From: Tubiluchus corallicola
Taxonomy: Eukaryota; Animalia; Priapulida
Length of the DNA: 64,000 bases
Assembly: GCA_030141605.1 (NCBI GenBank)
Contig: JAQGDQ010000692.1
Location: 15,489-79,488, forward strand
Reading direction: 5' to 3'
Notes under the pieces: generated by a model
Databases searched by the model: none
What the model was told of the DNA's origin: nothing
What the model saw: the letters and a program-made list of their open reading frames with translations, nothing else
Position numbers and translations under genes: made by a program
Part shown: positions 1 through 11,627 of the stretch, piece after piece
Layout: every line of letters begins with the position of its first letter
How positions within the stretch are numbered: the first letter of the stretch is position 1

Positions 1-327
1 ATTAAAATTTATATTACAAACCATATATTTCTACTTTCACGACAGATAGTGGTAATTTCATTACAATGCATATTAGTAATGTGTATCACACAGTCTGTGT
101 AGTACAGTGACATTAAGCTACAACCGTCTTGTAAGGGTTAATGGCATCCGATCTAGTAGAAAAAACTACCTGCACTATCTTTGGGATCGTGGCACAGACT
201 TCAGCTGGATACGCTCAATTAATCGCCCGAGCCGCACTTTCATTAGGTTGACAAATCTTTTCGCGGGCCGCACAAATTCTCTCGGCGGGCTGCAAGTGGC
301 CCGCGGGCCGCAATTTGCACACCCCTG
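1..327. mobile_element. hAT (Buster/Charlie-type) MITE family A, partial copy cut by window edge
   Basis: Near-identical to 13744-14044; ends in TIR AATTTGCACACCCCTG followed by GTTTAGTC. Confidence 0.85.
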
Positions 328-932
328 GTTTAGTCCTTAAGTCTTTGCAAGTGAAAAACAAAATCAGTGATTTAACTGAAGCAAAACCGGACTTAATCTA
401 AAACTGCAGATAAAAACAATCTACTCTTTAAACTATTGAAAGAATTATTACCACACAAACACTATTTCGCGTTCGCGCCAACAGTTCTTCACTACTGTTA
501 CATGCATTTCGCCATTCGCTAGTAGACGGGCACTAGTGCCTGCATTTCGGAAAAGGTTACACAAAAAACAGGTGCTGTACCTCTCAGTTCAGAGGTGTTT
601 GACAACTCATCTGTGACACAGCGGTAAATTTGAAATTTGAATTTTTATCTTAAAACATGCCTTAAAACACTTTTAGAACAACACACTGAATGTCTTACAG
701 TAGCATTGTACTTCTCTGTGCCTAAACTCAATCATAACGAAGTGACTGAACAACAACTTCAAAAATGATTTTCACACAGTCCCCATGTACAGCTAAACTA
801 CAACTAGCTTTACCATAAGTATGAAATCAACATGAAATAACAAAACAAAGTTAAAATAATGTTTTTTGCACTACCATGAGAAGCAGGCAACAAATAATAG
901 ATCACAAAAATTAAGATTATCAATAGTCATAC

Positions 933-3900
933 CCTACTACCACATGTGGATATTTAATTCTCAGCCAAGCGGCCAGCATTCCACCGTAAGAGCCGCCGAA
1001 TGCGACTACGGGGCTGTTCTGTGCACCGGGGGTTGACGATTTGATGTGCTCCACCAAAACTGCATAATCTGCGAGCGCTTGCTCCGACGTGAACGGACCC
1101 AAATGCTTCGGATCCTACGGAATAAAAAGACACTCGTCGAATTAAATCGAGTTTCTCTTCATACACTTAGGCAATCTACGCAAACGGGTGTAGTGAGACC
1201 AGAACTTATATTGCTACCATTTCGTCTAAATGGGACACTGGAGCAGGTGAAGTAGTTTGGTCACATATGGTTGCATATACATCTTCCCTCTACGAGGTAA
1301 ATAACCATGAGCAATGAAATCCGCTGCTCACCTTTCTATTCACTGGCCGGGCCTGGCACAGCTTAACTTTGCAGAGGCAGATGCAGGATTTTCGAAAGGG
1401 ATGTGACCTAGCTTAAAGCCCAGGAAACCAGGTTCACCGGCCGCTCAACTACGGTGTCTGGGAAAAATGCATTTTACTGAACCTTGTGAAGCATATCTGT
1501 TGATAGAACTTTAGAAGTGAATAGTAAATTTTTTTGAACATTTGTGTTTGAGTTTGTAAGTTACACGGATGAGAATGACAAATTGCAAAAAATTCTGAAA
1601 CAGGCCGGGGTTTTGGGGCCGCGTAGACCATAGAGAACCTCCAAGTGGACTTAAAATATCAATTACCTTGTTTCATGCATAATTTAAAATACCCAACTAT
1701 CAAGGATACATTATAACCTAATTGTCTCAAAAACGCCTAAGTACTGGCCGCTCCTATGCAAAATTATATAAAAATGTCTGCAATTGACTCAAATAACTCC
1801 GCACAATTGATTCTATATTTTTATACATAGAGATATACACGTGGTTACACTGATGTACGTGATATAAACAAAGTGACGACCTGCCAACTAGCGGTCAGCT
1901 TGTGAAATAATGTACTGGGTCCGTAAAAATTTTCTCAACGAATTTACCTGATTTACAAAAATGGCACTACTGGTCTTCCAAAAACTCGGAATTCCGCGTA
2001 TCCGCGCAAAATTCTCATTCCTGAAGTTATTATTATTATTTTATTATCATTATTTATGGATCATTGCAGCTCGAATATAACCAAAAATCACAACAAAATA
2101 CAATTATTTAAATTACGCAAATTAGTTCCAATACTAAAGGGACAACATAGTGCAGCATATCATACAGTACAATAATGTAAGTGTAAACATTAGTACTAAA
2201 CTTTACGTACTTATAACAATAACAATAAACAGAATGTTCAAAATTATAAAAAAACATTACGAGTTTTGGTAGGGATGGAAGCAAGTTTTAAAAGTAGTTA
2301 AGTGCTCACCATGCAGCATCTATTTCTTGTTGACAAACTATTATGTAGTTTAGTAACTATGTTAGTACACTTCTGTTAAATTTTTGTAATTATATATGGA
2401 ATTTTTTCCCTAACTATATCATGCTATAGTATACTAATGTAGTTCTGTTACAATTATTGCAACTATATTTCATTTTCTAGTTATAGGGCATAATAGTTAA
2501 AGATAATAATGCAAATTGTAATGTAAAAATACATGCTGAAGTGATAATAAATTACAATTACAATAAATTACAATTACAATAAGTTAAGGTGCATTTTCAA
2601 CTTCAAATGTCATAGGGGCAACTTTATTACTCGACACGTAATTTGGGCCGCAATTTGCACACCCCTGCTTTAGAACAAAGTCTCTGCCACTAAACGAAGG
2701 CACGATATTCAGTCTTAATTCAACATTGAATATTTTATAACTTCACACTGGCCCTCATAATTGCAGAAGAGTTATTTACAAAATTATTTACCTCGTACGA
2801 CGCGTTTCCGTACGGCATCGAGTTCCCGTAATAACGATGTTCGGCAAAAACAAGCATGGCTTTAAACTGTGGTGCAATGTCAAACATGAAACCCTATAAC
2901 AAATTTGAAATGATAAAGGTTCGCTCGTTGTTGAAATGTTCGCTCGTAAAAATTGTTTAAATTGTACATCTAATTCACTTTGTGTCATTTTTTTCCTCTC
3001 ACTTACATCTTTATATCATATTTCAGTTACTGTACTTTCTTGAACTTTGTCTAAAAACCATTGAGTGCTTTTTCTGCACATGTGCTTCAACTTAGTTGCT
3101 TCTGTACTCAGCCCTCATATTCTGGAAACACTGTCACAAATTCACTCAAGTTAAAGAACATTGAGTGCTTTTTCTGCATGTGTGCTTCAACTTAGTTACA
3201 TCTGTACTCAGCCCTCATATTCTGGAAACACTTTCACAAATTCACTCAAGTTTAAAAACATTGAGTGCTTTTTCTGCATGTGTGCTTCAACTTAGTTACA
3301 TCTGTACTTAGCCCTCATATTCTGGAAACACTGTCACAAATTCACTCAAGTTAAAGAACATTGAGTGCTTTTTCTGCATGTGTGCTTCAACTTAGTTACA
3401 TCTGTACTCAGCCCTCATATTCTGGAAACACTTTCACAAATTCACTCAAGTTTAAAAACATTGAGTGCTTTTTCTGCATGTGTGCTTCAACTTAGTTACA
3501 TCTGTACTTAGCCCTCATATTCTGGAAACACTGTCACAAATTCACTCAAGTTAAAGAACATTGAGTGCTTTTTCTGCACGTGTGCTTCAACTTAGTTGCT
3601 TCTGTACTCAGCCCTCATATTCTGGAAACACTTTCACAAATTCACTCAAGTTTAAAAACATTGAGTGCTTTTTCTGCATGTGTGCTTCAACTTAGTTACA
3701 TCTGTACTTAGCCCTCATATTCTGGAAACACTTTCACAAATTCACTCAAGTTAAAGAACATCGAGTGCTTTTTCTGCACGCGTGCTTCAACTTAGTTACA
3801 TCTGTACTTAGTCCTCATATTCTAGAAACACTTTCACAAATTCACTCAAGTTGAAAAAACAGGAATTGTGAATCATATTATATTACTAGACAGTGTGAGG

Positions 3901-6900
3901 TCATTCGTTCAAAATGTACATTACAATAATTAATGCAGTGCCAAAACATGAAATCATGCATTTGAAATATATAATGCATTACTTTAAAATGTCATATATC
4001 ACTGTAGGAAATACAAAATCTGATTATCTATGTAAGATTCTTGTTCATAAATAGTACAACATATATTATGAAGTAAAAGTTATTTATAAGAAATCTTTAG
4101 TTTCAAAGACTTTTATAAATTTGTATCTTTTATTAATTGAAAACAGTTAATACTGCCTCCTTTCACATGGTCATACAACCGCTACAAATTCATTAATCTT
4201 TAAATAAGAGCAAACGCGTAAAAGACACCATGGTCGTACGTTGCCCTCACATTTGGCTCACTTCCATTACTTCTTTTATCTTATTACTGTGTTCACCCAT
4301 GTGTGCGAAATAAATGATCTATTTATCTATCTAAAAAAAAGGAAAGTCAATCTTTTTAAGTAAGACGAATAAATGTCCATTTTCATAACTTTCAAGCAAT
4401 AAAGGCAAGAGAAGAGTGTTAAAAATAATAAAACACCTGCCTGCAGTTTTCCTTGGTCTTCCTTTTTAAAATTCGTCACAAGACGTTTCATACTGCAAAG
4501 GCATTTGGCATATGGAAAGTTGATTGTTTTATACCCAGACAAGCGAATACCAAAATGCTAAGTTTGTGATTCAAGATATCACAGTGCTGCTCAAACTTTA
4601 GCTTGCTTTTTACCTATCCTACGTCCACTGTCACCTTAATTGCAACTAGAAAATTTAACAAAGCTATATAAGTTAAGTTACTGTGTTTTCCATGAAGAGC
4701 ACAATGTCGCCTTCATTGCCGGTGTAAAGAAAAATGGGTCCACCTTCATGGTCCCAATGGTCATCATTGACTAAGTATCGAAGCTGGAAAACATCATCAT
4801 TGGCAAAGCTAAAATGATCCACCTAAACAAAATATGATATATAATTAGAAGCTGAAGCTGAGTCAGTTGCTACTACATCAGTTGACTCACACAGTAAATC
4901 AGCTAGCTCGGCTGAAGCTGAGTCAGTTGCTACTACATCAGTTGACTCACACAGTAAATAAGCTAGCATGGCTGAAGCTGAGTCAGTTGCTACTACATCA
5001 GTTGACTCACACAGTAAATTACCTAGCTCGTCTGAAACTGAGTCAGTTGCTACTACATCAGCTGACTCACACAGTAAATCAGCTAGCTCGGCTGAAGCTG
5101 AGTCAGTTGCTACTACATCAGTTGACTCACACAGTAAGTAAACTAGCATGGCTGAAGCTGAGTCAGTTGCTACTACATCAGTTGACTCACACAGTAAATC
5201 AGCTAGCTCGGCTGAAGCTGAGTCAGTTGCTACTACATCAGTTGACTCACACAGTAAATCAGCTAGCTCGGCTGAAGCTGAGTCAGTTGCTACTACATCA
5301 GGTGACTCACACAATAAATCAGCTAGCTCGGCTGAAGCTGAGTCAGTTGCTACTACATCAGTTGACTCACACAGTAAATCAGCTAGCTCGTCTGAAACTA
5401 AGTCAGTTGCTACTACATCAGCTGACTCACACAATAAATCAGCTAGCTCGGCTGAAGCTGAGTCAGTTGCTACTACATCAGTTGACTCACACAGTAAGTA
5501 AGCTAGCATGGCTGAAGCTGAGTCAGTTGCTACTACATCAGTTGACTCACACAGTAAAAATCAGCTAGCTCGACTGAAGCTGAGTCAGTTACTACTACAC
5601 CAACTGACTCACACAGTAAATCAGCTAGCTTGGCTGAAACTAAGTCAGTTGCTACTACATCAGCTGATTCACACAGTAAATCTTGTCTTGATTACAGACG
5701 AATTAATACCAAAACAACAAAATAATCACCATACGTGAGACTAACGTTGCCCATTTGTGTACTTAATTTTGAATTGACCAGCTTTCTCGTTCAAAAATTT
5801 CTAAAATTTAATGGCTCTGCCAGCACACGCACAATCTGACCGCGAATCCACAATGCGTTAGCCATATTTCAACAAGTGATTTGCAGTGTCAAGTGATTAT
5901 TGCAAAAGCGAAAATCTTCGCAGCCGGCAAAAATGTCGGCCAGCTCGACTCCCAATCACTGAGTGGCCGGCGCGACTAAAGCTGGGTTCCTTAACCTAGG
6001 TCGCCTGTAGAAACAAACCGGCTGGCGCTCAGCTGAAACGACGCGGCTCTGGGCTCTATATATAAATAACCAAAAAATACCATTGTTTCGTGTGAATTTT
6101 TAAAGGGCTATACCTGAAAAGGGGTACCTGGAATAGGTTTCAGAAAAATCACCTTAAAAATTATGTTACTTTATAGTAATTTTATGCATGTATCGTACTC
6201 GCGTTGAAAGAATTTTTTGTTTTCATTTTAAATCTCCCGTAATACTGTTCCAACCGCACCATTACATGACGTCATATACGCACAACGTAAATCAGGGGAA
6301 GAAAACGAAATGTTAAACTATGTCCTAGAAAACTTTCCATGCAAAGTTATGTTGCTTAACATTTCGCTTACCTGTTTGAAAGACTTACGTAACTAGAAAA
6401 GAAAATTATTAATTATTTAAAATGCTTTAACCAATTGGTAAAATGTCATTGACTTACCTTCAAGATACATCACTCACTAACAAAAAACACATTTTTATCT
6501 TATTGAGCAGATGCAGTAATTAAAATTTTACTTACTTAGTGACATGTGCGCTACGAATGCTCTGATTATTTTTTCAAACTTTAAACAATGTTTCTAAACT
6601 TGTTTCAAATAACTTATCGTCGAAATGGCAGCATCTAACAGTCATCGCGGGAGTTTAAATTTACATGTTTTATACAGCGTTACTGCCGACGCAAGCCCTG
6701 CATGCAAAAAGACAGTATGTTATTGGTATAAAATTTCAAGACAAATTTTTTAAGCTTTATTACACTCAAGCCGTAAGTAGAGATTTATCTTAAATAAAGC
6801 TGCATGTACACTCTAATTAAGAAGAGCAATGCAAAAGCATAAATTTCAGTAATACTGTATAAACTACTGTATCATATAATTCAGGTAGCATACTAGCTAC

Positions 6901-9017
6901 ACTAGACTTTCGTCAAATTTCCACTTTATTTTGTTTATTCTGAGTTTTCTTTATCTGTCAATCTCCTCATGCAGTCATACAGGTAATTTTTTGTGCTTTA
7001 ACTATCTGCCTATTTATTTTACCTCAGATCATCAAAAATCGCTCTGTAATTTTTTACATTATTATGATATATTATGACTCCATTATGCATTCGCTTGCTT
7101 ATGTCTAAGAATTATGCTTGTGTTATAAAGTCTATTTCAGTTGCCATTGTTATTATGTTTCTGTTGTCAGATTTTTATTTCAGTTATTTTCAGTTTGATT
7201 TTTTTTTTATTATGCACTTATTATTACTGTGTATGAATTGTACTAAAACGTTATAAGCATATCAATTTAATGTCATTCGTAACAATTTAATTTTTATATA
7301 TAAGCAGTACTAACACTAATACACTGTAGCATAGAGCTTATAAAAATGTTCATGACTAACCAAAGGGCAGCTGACTAGATGACGAATTGGTCTTTCGCTG
7401 CCCTTTCTTCACATTTTTGTTTCCAAATTAATTGTATTATAACTGTGCGTGTGTTACAAGATAAATAAAAAGACTATTATTATTATTTATATTGTGCAGA
7501 ATATGAACGCATCCTTCAAACAACAAGGTATGAAGCGAAGTAAATGAGCTTTCTGTTTCTGGAATATGTGAGTCTTTTAGGTTGTGTAAGTACTCCACAT
7601 GTAAGAATGTAAGAATGCCACATGCTTGCTTCACTTTACGCCTATTATTTTTGCTAGAAGGCTGTGTTATATTTATGTTAAACTTTTGTTAGCAATTTAT
7701 GTTTATATATGTAGCTTTGATTCAAGCTGTTTTCTTGTTTGCGTTTTGTTTTGCTTAGCTTTGAGCTGATTTTTTGGTTTGCTTTGCTTTGAGCTGATTT
7801 ATGACTTTTGTTCGTCTTTGGATCGTTCGATATAAGATATTTACGCTTTGATATTTTTTATTTGCTTTTTCGTTTGCTCCTATAAAAAATTCTATTGCTA
7901 AAAAAGGAGCAGCTGAGTTAGTGACCAATTGGTCTTTTGCTGCACCTACTCAAATATTATTGAAATTTTCTACTTCTAGTCTACATATAGTCTATTTAGT
8001 CACATACTCAAATTTCACTACATATTTTGTTTGCTCCATTTTTCTGCACTAGTTCTTGCGTTGCATAGTATTTTATCATTACGCTTAATTTGACACGATT
8101 GCACATCTTTGCTTCATTATATTTTGTTTGAGTTTATTATACATATTTTGTTTCTTTCACTGATTTCTGATTTATTATTTTTTTGGTTTGACTTTTTTCT
8201 AGTTTTTTGTTTTAATCGGTTAGTTAAATGTTTACATATTTTGTTAATATTCATTTCATATTTTTCATTTTATTTCTTTGTTGCATAGCTTACTTAGTTA
8301 TTTTGCTTTCATGTTTAATGTATCCCTCCAAAAATTCATGTTAACAGCAGCACCACAAATTTTTTACAATTTTCACTAACCTGAGAAGGGTAGCTGACTC
8401 GATGACCAACTGGTCTTTCGCTACCCTTTCTCCTGCACCCCCTTAACTCTTTCCTTTATGCTTAATTTATCCTTTTTAATCAATAACTAAAAAAATAATA
8501 ATCAATTTGTATGCAGGTGTAAATGAGGAGATAAATAAAAATGTCTATGTCTATGTTCTATAATATAATGCGAAATGAAAGTTCAGGAAATAAAATTAAT
8601 TGCATTGACTACTGATTGAAAATGAACTATTTTTACTACACACAGTCCCAGTTTTAACAACTATATTAGTAGTGGCTAAGAAATCAGGAAGAACTTAATT
8701 ATGCAGCTGATAATTAGTTTTTCTGAAGTACTAAGAAGGGACAATAAATTAATGCGAAGAAATTTATTAAACTGCAAACTTTTCTGAACATTAGTTGCTC
8801 ATTTATTGTGTACAGTAAAAAGAATGAAGAAAATCCCAAGTATTTTCGATAATACAGCCATTTGTACCTGCATCGATATGTATTTCGTAGCATAGTTATA
8901 CGGTTTGTTATCCTCAGAAACACCCACATTCAAGTCTTCTATCGCTGAAGCAGGCAGTACCACGAGAAGAAACGTAAATGTAACTATAAAAAATGTGTAA
9001 AATTCGCGCAAAACCAT
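933..9017 (-). CDS. PRCP: Lysosomal Pro-X carboxypeptidase (peptidase S28), 5' part; exons 9017-8868, 4822-4682, 2893-2792, 1114-933; continues beyond left edge
   Basis: GT-AG exons splice in frame: signal peptide MVLREFYTFFIVTFTFLLVVLPASA; VDHFSF..FQLRYL..GGPIFLYTGNEGDI; GFMFDIAPQFKAMLVFAEHRYYG; TSEQALADYA..GGSYGGMLAAWLRIKYPHVVVG (catalytic Ser motif GGSYGG). Confidence 0.93.
1715..1925. repeat. Dispersed repeat family F (copy about 34743-34888)
   Basis: CCTAATTGTCTCAAAA and GTGACGACCTGCCAACTAGCGGTCAGCT shared. Confidence 0.65.
2645..2667. mobile_element. Solo terminal fragment of MITE family A
   Basis: GGGCCGCAATTTGCACACCCCTG followed by CTTTAGAA (nnnTAnnn); partner end not found. Confidence 0.6.
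3058..3857. repeat. 100-bp tandem repeat, about 8 copies, PRCP intron 2
   Basis: TTGAGTGCTTTTTCTGCA recurs every 100 nt (3061, 3161 ... 3761, last with one substitution); variants alternate, giving a 200-bp higher order. Confidence 0.95.
4848..5681. repeat. 60-bp minisatellite, about 14 copies, 3' end of PRCP intron 1
   Basis: Unit GCTGAAGCTGAGTCAGTTGCTACTACATCAGTTGACTCACACAGTAAATCAGCTAGCTCG. Confidence 0.95.
6290..6620. repeat. Dispersed repeat family E (inverted copy about 21415-21740)
   Basis: GCTCTGATTATTTTTTCAAACTT..CTAAACTTGTTTCAAA versus reverse complement at 21423-21474. Confidence 0.65.
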
Positions 9018-9137
9018 TTTTCTAGAAAACAATGCTCGATTTACCAGAAAAAATTACGAAAGACACAACGATTAGTAAGTACAAAACTCTAAAAATAGAC
9101 CTAACAACAAATCTGAAAGCCATAAACTCTATGAACA

Positions 9138-9144
9138 CACGTGA
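9138..9144 (-). promoter_or_regulatory. CLEAR/E-box-like element (TCACGTG) about 120 bp upstream of PRCP ATG
   Basis: Motif match upstream of a lysosomal gene; short motif, could be chance. Confidence 0.3.
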
Positions 9145-10566
9145 GACTCGAGGGTCAGCTTCCAGGATCAACTAACCGCCTAGATAAACTATAATAATAT
9201 TATCGTTGGACAGGGGAGGTCAGCCACAGTTATTATCACTGGTCCCCAATCACTCCTCAAACTCGACGAACACATCTTGAAGGACCGTGGAGGCTGAATG
9301 ACCCAAGACAGGCTTTTGAGACGTCTGCAAGTTGTGTTGTAGGATCTTCAGATTAGGGCCAGTTACTTGATTAATTAATGAAGAACAGTTCATATTCAAA
9401 AGTTTCTTCCATGTGCAAGTTGTTAGGCTTATAGTGATGGCATAACGATTTATCTTAATATATAACATGATGTAATGAAGCAGTGACAACGTAAAACACA
9501 GAATTAAAAAAATGTGCAATGAAACCAGCAGGAGCTAACCCCAAAATTTCTCTGATGGGTGTTTATAATATACCTGTCCAGTTTTTATTTTTGGCATTCT
9601 TTGTCCTGAATCAATAAATGAATCAAATAACCAACCAACCGACTAACATAGCTACCAACCATATAATCAGAGTCAATCAGTCAATTAATACTCAATTAGT
9701 AACTTAATTAGTCAGTTAGTCGACCAGTCCGACAGTCAATCAGTCAGCTGCCCACCTGTCAGCCAGCCAGACGATTGGTTGATCAATCAATCATTCAGTC
9801 AATTAATATGTCAATTAACAAATAAACCAAACAGCCAATCACCAACAAATCAATACTGTACGAATTAACAATAATACATCATTTTACTCATCTTTAAGTT
9901 GTTCATAAATCATAATTAAATTTTACTATGCAGTAAAATACAATAAAACTATGACGACACGCTAAGCAGAACCAAAGTTGCAAAACAAACAAAGCAAAAA
10001 CTGCCTATAAAGCGAATTATTATAATGTGCAGCTATATTAAAAGCATAATTATTATTGCACATATAGGCAGGTATTTAGTTGTAAAGTGAAAATGTAAAT
10101 GTAAACGTGTAATGTAATGTTGTAACTTAGTAGATATTGTTAGCTATAAAAACGCTCTGTTTCAGGCAAAACAACCTTTAATCACGCATGGGTGAAAGTT
10201 ACACCAATGGAAGCTAATTAATTACATTGCTGTGACAGCAACAGAAATAGGAAAGGTGAACGACAGCTGCTGCAGCCGCTACAGGCTATAATAGAACTGC
10301 CACATGTCTGCGATTCCAAGCTCGCCACGTCGTGTAGTGTTGCCATTATCGTAGGTAACCAAAATTAACCAAAATTGGCGAGCAGCAGAAGCGAAATGTA
10401 ACTGAAGTACTAAAGCGGATTGCCAGGATAGCGAAACGTATGGCAACTTGACAAACAAAAAAATTTATAAATGGCCAGCAAAAATACTGATAATTTCTTT
10501 AAAAAATTGTTCGCAGAAATTGCAGCTAAACTGTGCTTATATATTGCATGATGTTTCAAAGGTTTC

Positions 10567-11004
10567 CAGTGGCGGATTTAGGGGGTGGGCCCACCCTTTC
10601 ATAGTAGCAGTTACAGCACACCAAGTGAATATTTTCCCTGGATTATAAGCTTTACAAAGTTTAGTTGTAGCTTTTAATCACTTATATCGAGTAAAAAGTT
10701 CTGCATTAATGATTTCAGTGTAAAAACGTTTGTGCCCTTTAAGCGATAATCGAAGTTTTTGGCAAAGATATCGCTGTGCGCAATTATATGCCATACTAGG
10801 GTGTATACTAATATACTGGTGTGTAATTAAGAGTCAAAAGTTTGAGGTGACATAATGGGTCTTAAACTATTGAATTTGCTTATGAAAATGGTAAGAAAAA
10901 TGGTCTAAAGTGCTGCAAAATGCATTGGTAGCCGGGATTGCCCAGACTCGCTAGCTGCTTTTTCGTTTGGCCCACCCTTTTTCTAAAGCCTGTATCCGCC
11001 GCTG
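10567..11004. mobile_element. MITE with CAGTGGCGGAT termini (hAT-like)
   Basis: CAGTGGCGGATTTAGG ... CCTGTATCCGCCGCTG inverted ends; GGCCCACCCTTT subterminal motif at both ends; no clear TSD. Confidence 0.65.
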
Positions 11005-11559
11005 GTTTTAATATTGTAGAACGTATGTAGTTTAAGAGGTGAATTATTCGAATCTATAATTTTAGGTATGAATCAAATTTTGGCATTTGTAATAATTCCG
11101 TTGCTTAATTTGGTTCTATTTATTTTTCATTGTTTGCACGTATTATTACAATTGGGTTTTCATTAATTTTGCTTCTTTATGTTGGGGATTGTTGCTGTTG
11201 TTTTGATTTTGTTTGCTAAAATTTGTATTGTTTGCTAAATACCTTTAAGTATGCAACCGTTATGATTTTTTGTGTGGAATTGTTCTTTATAAATAAGCTT
11301 AGTAATATTGCAAATTAACCATCATAACATAGGATGACAGCATATGGTCTTTCTGCCATTCCGTCTCGCAAATTATGTTTGGAAGTTGGAAGTTGTTGTT
11401 ATATTTGAGCAGGTCGTTTGCAAAGAGATATTAAATAACTGTGTTTGGCCACTTCAGTGGCCAAAACAACTCGGTTTTTGGCGATAACTGAATATTGCAT
11501 TATAATATCTGAAACGTTAAAGCGGCAACACTGTGCTGAACGTCGGATCACATACAAAC

Positions 11560-11567
11560 GCCACGTG
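11560..11567 (+). promoter_or_regulatory. XBP1/ATF6-like GCCACGT motif about 60 bp upstream of PDIA3 ATG
   Basis: Motif match upstream of an ER chaperone; short motif, could be chance. Confidence 0.3.
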
Positions 11568-11627
11568 TTTTCGGTGTTTGGTTGTTTTACTGGAATTTTG
11601 GAGTTGTAAAATTGTACTAATCTAGAA

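Noticed and set aside
4480-4620. ILVFA-containing segment resembling PRCP exon 3
   Set aside because: The real exon 3 (AEHRYYG) is at 2893-2792; this match is too short and hits a stop.
4823-5738. Long ORFs on both strands (228 and 233 aa, Ser/Ala-rich or LLHQLTHT repeats)
   Set aside because: By-products of a 60-bp repeat inside PRCP intron 1; interrupted by stops and a frameshift, with no splice or start context.
7362-8432. Stem-loop motif as a hammerhead ribozyme or SECIS
   Set aside because: Lacks the CUGAnGA...GAAA core on one strand and the AUGA/GA quartet with apical AA.
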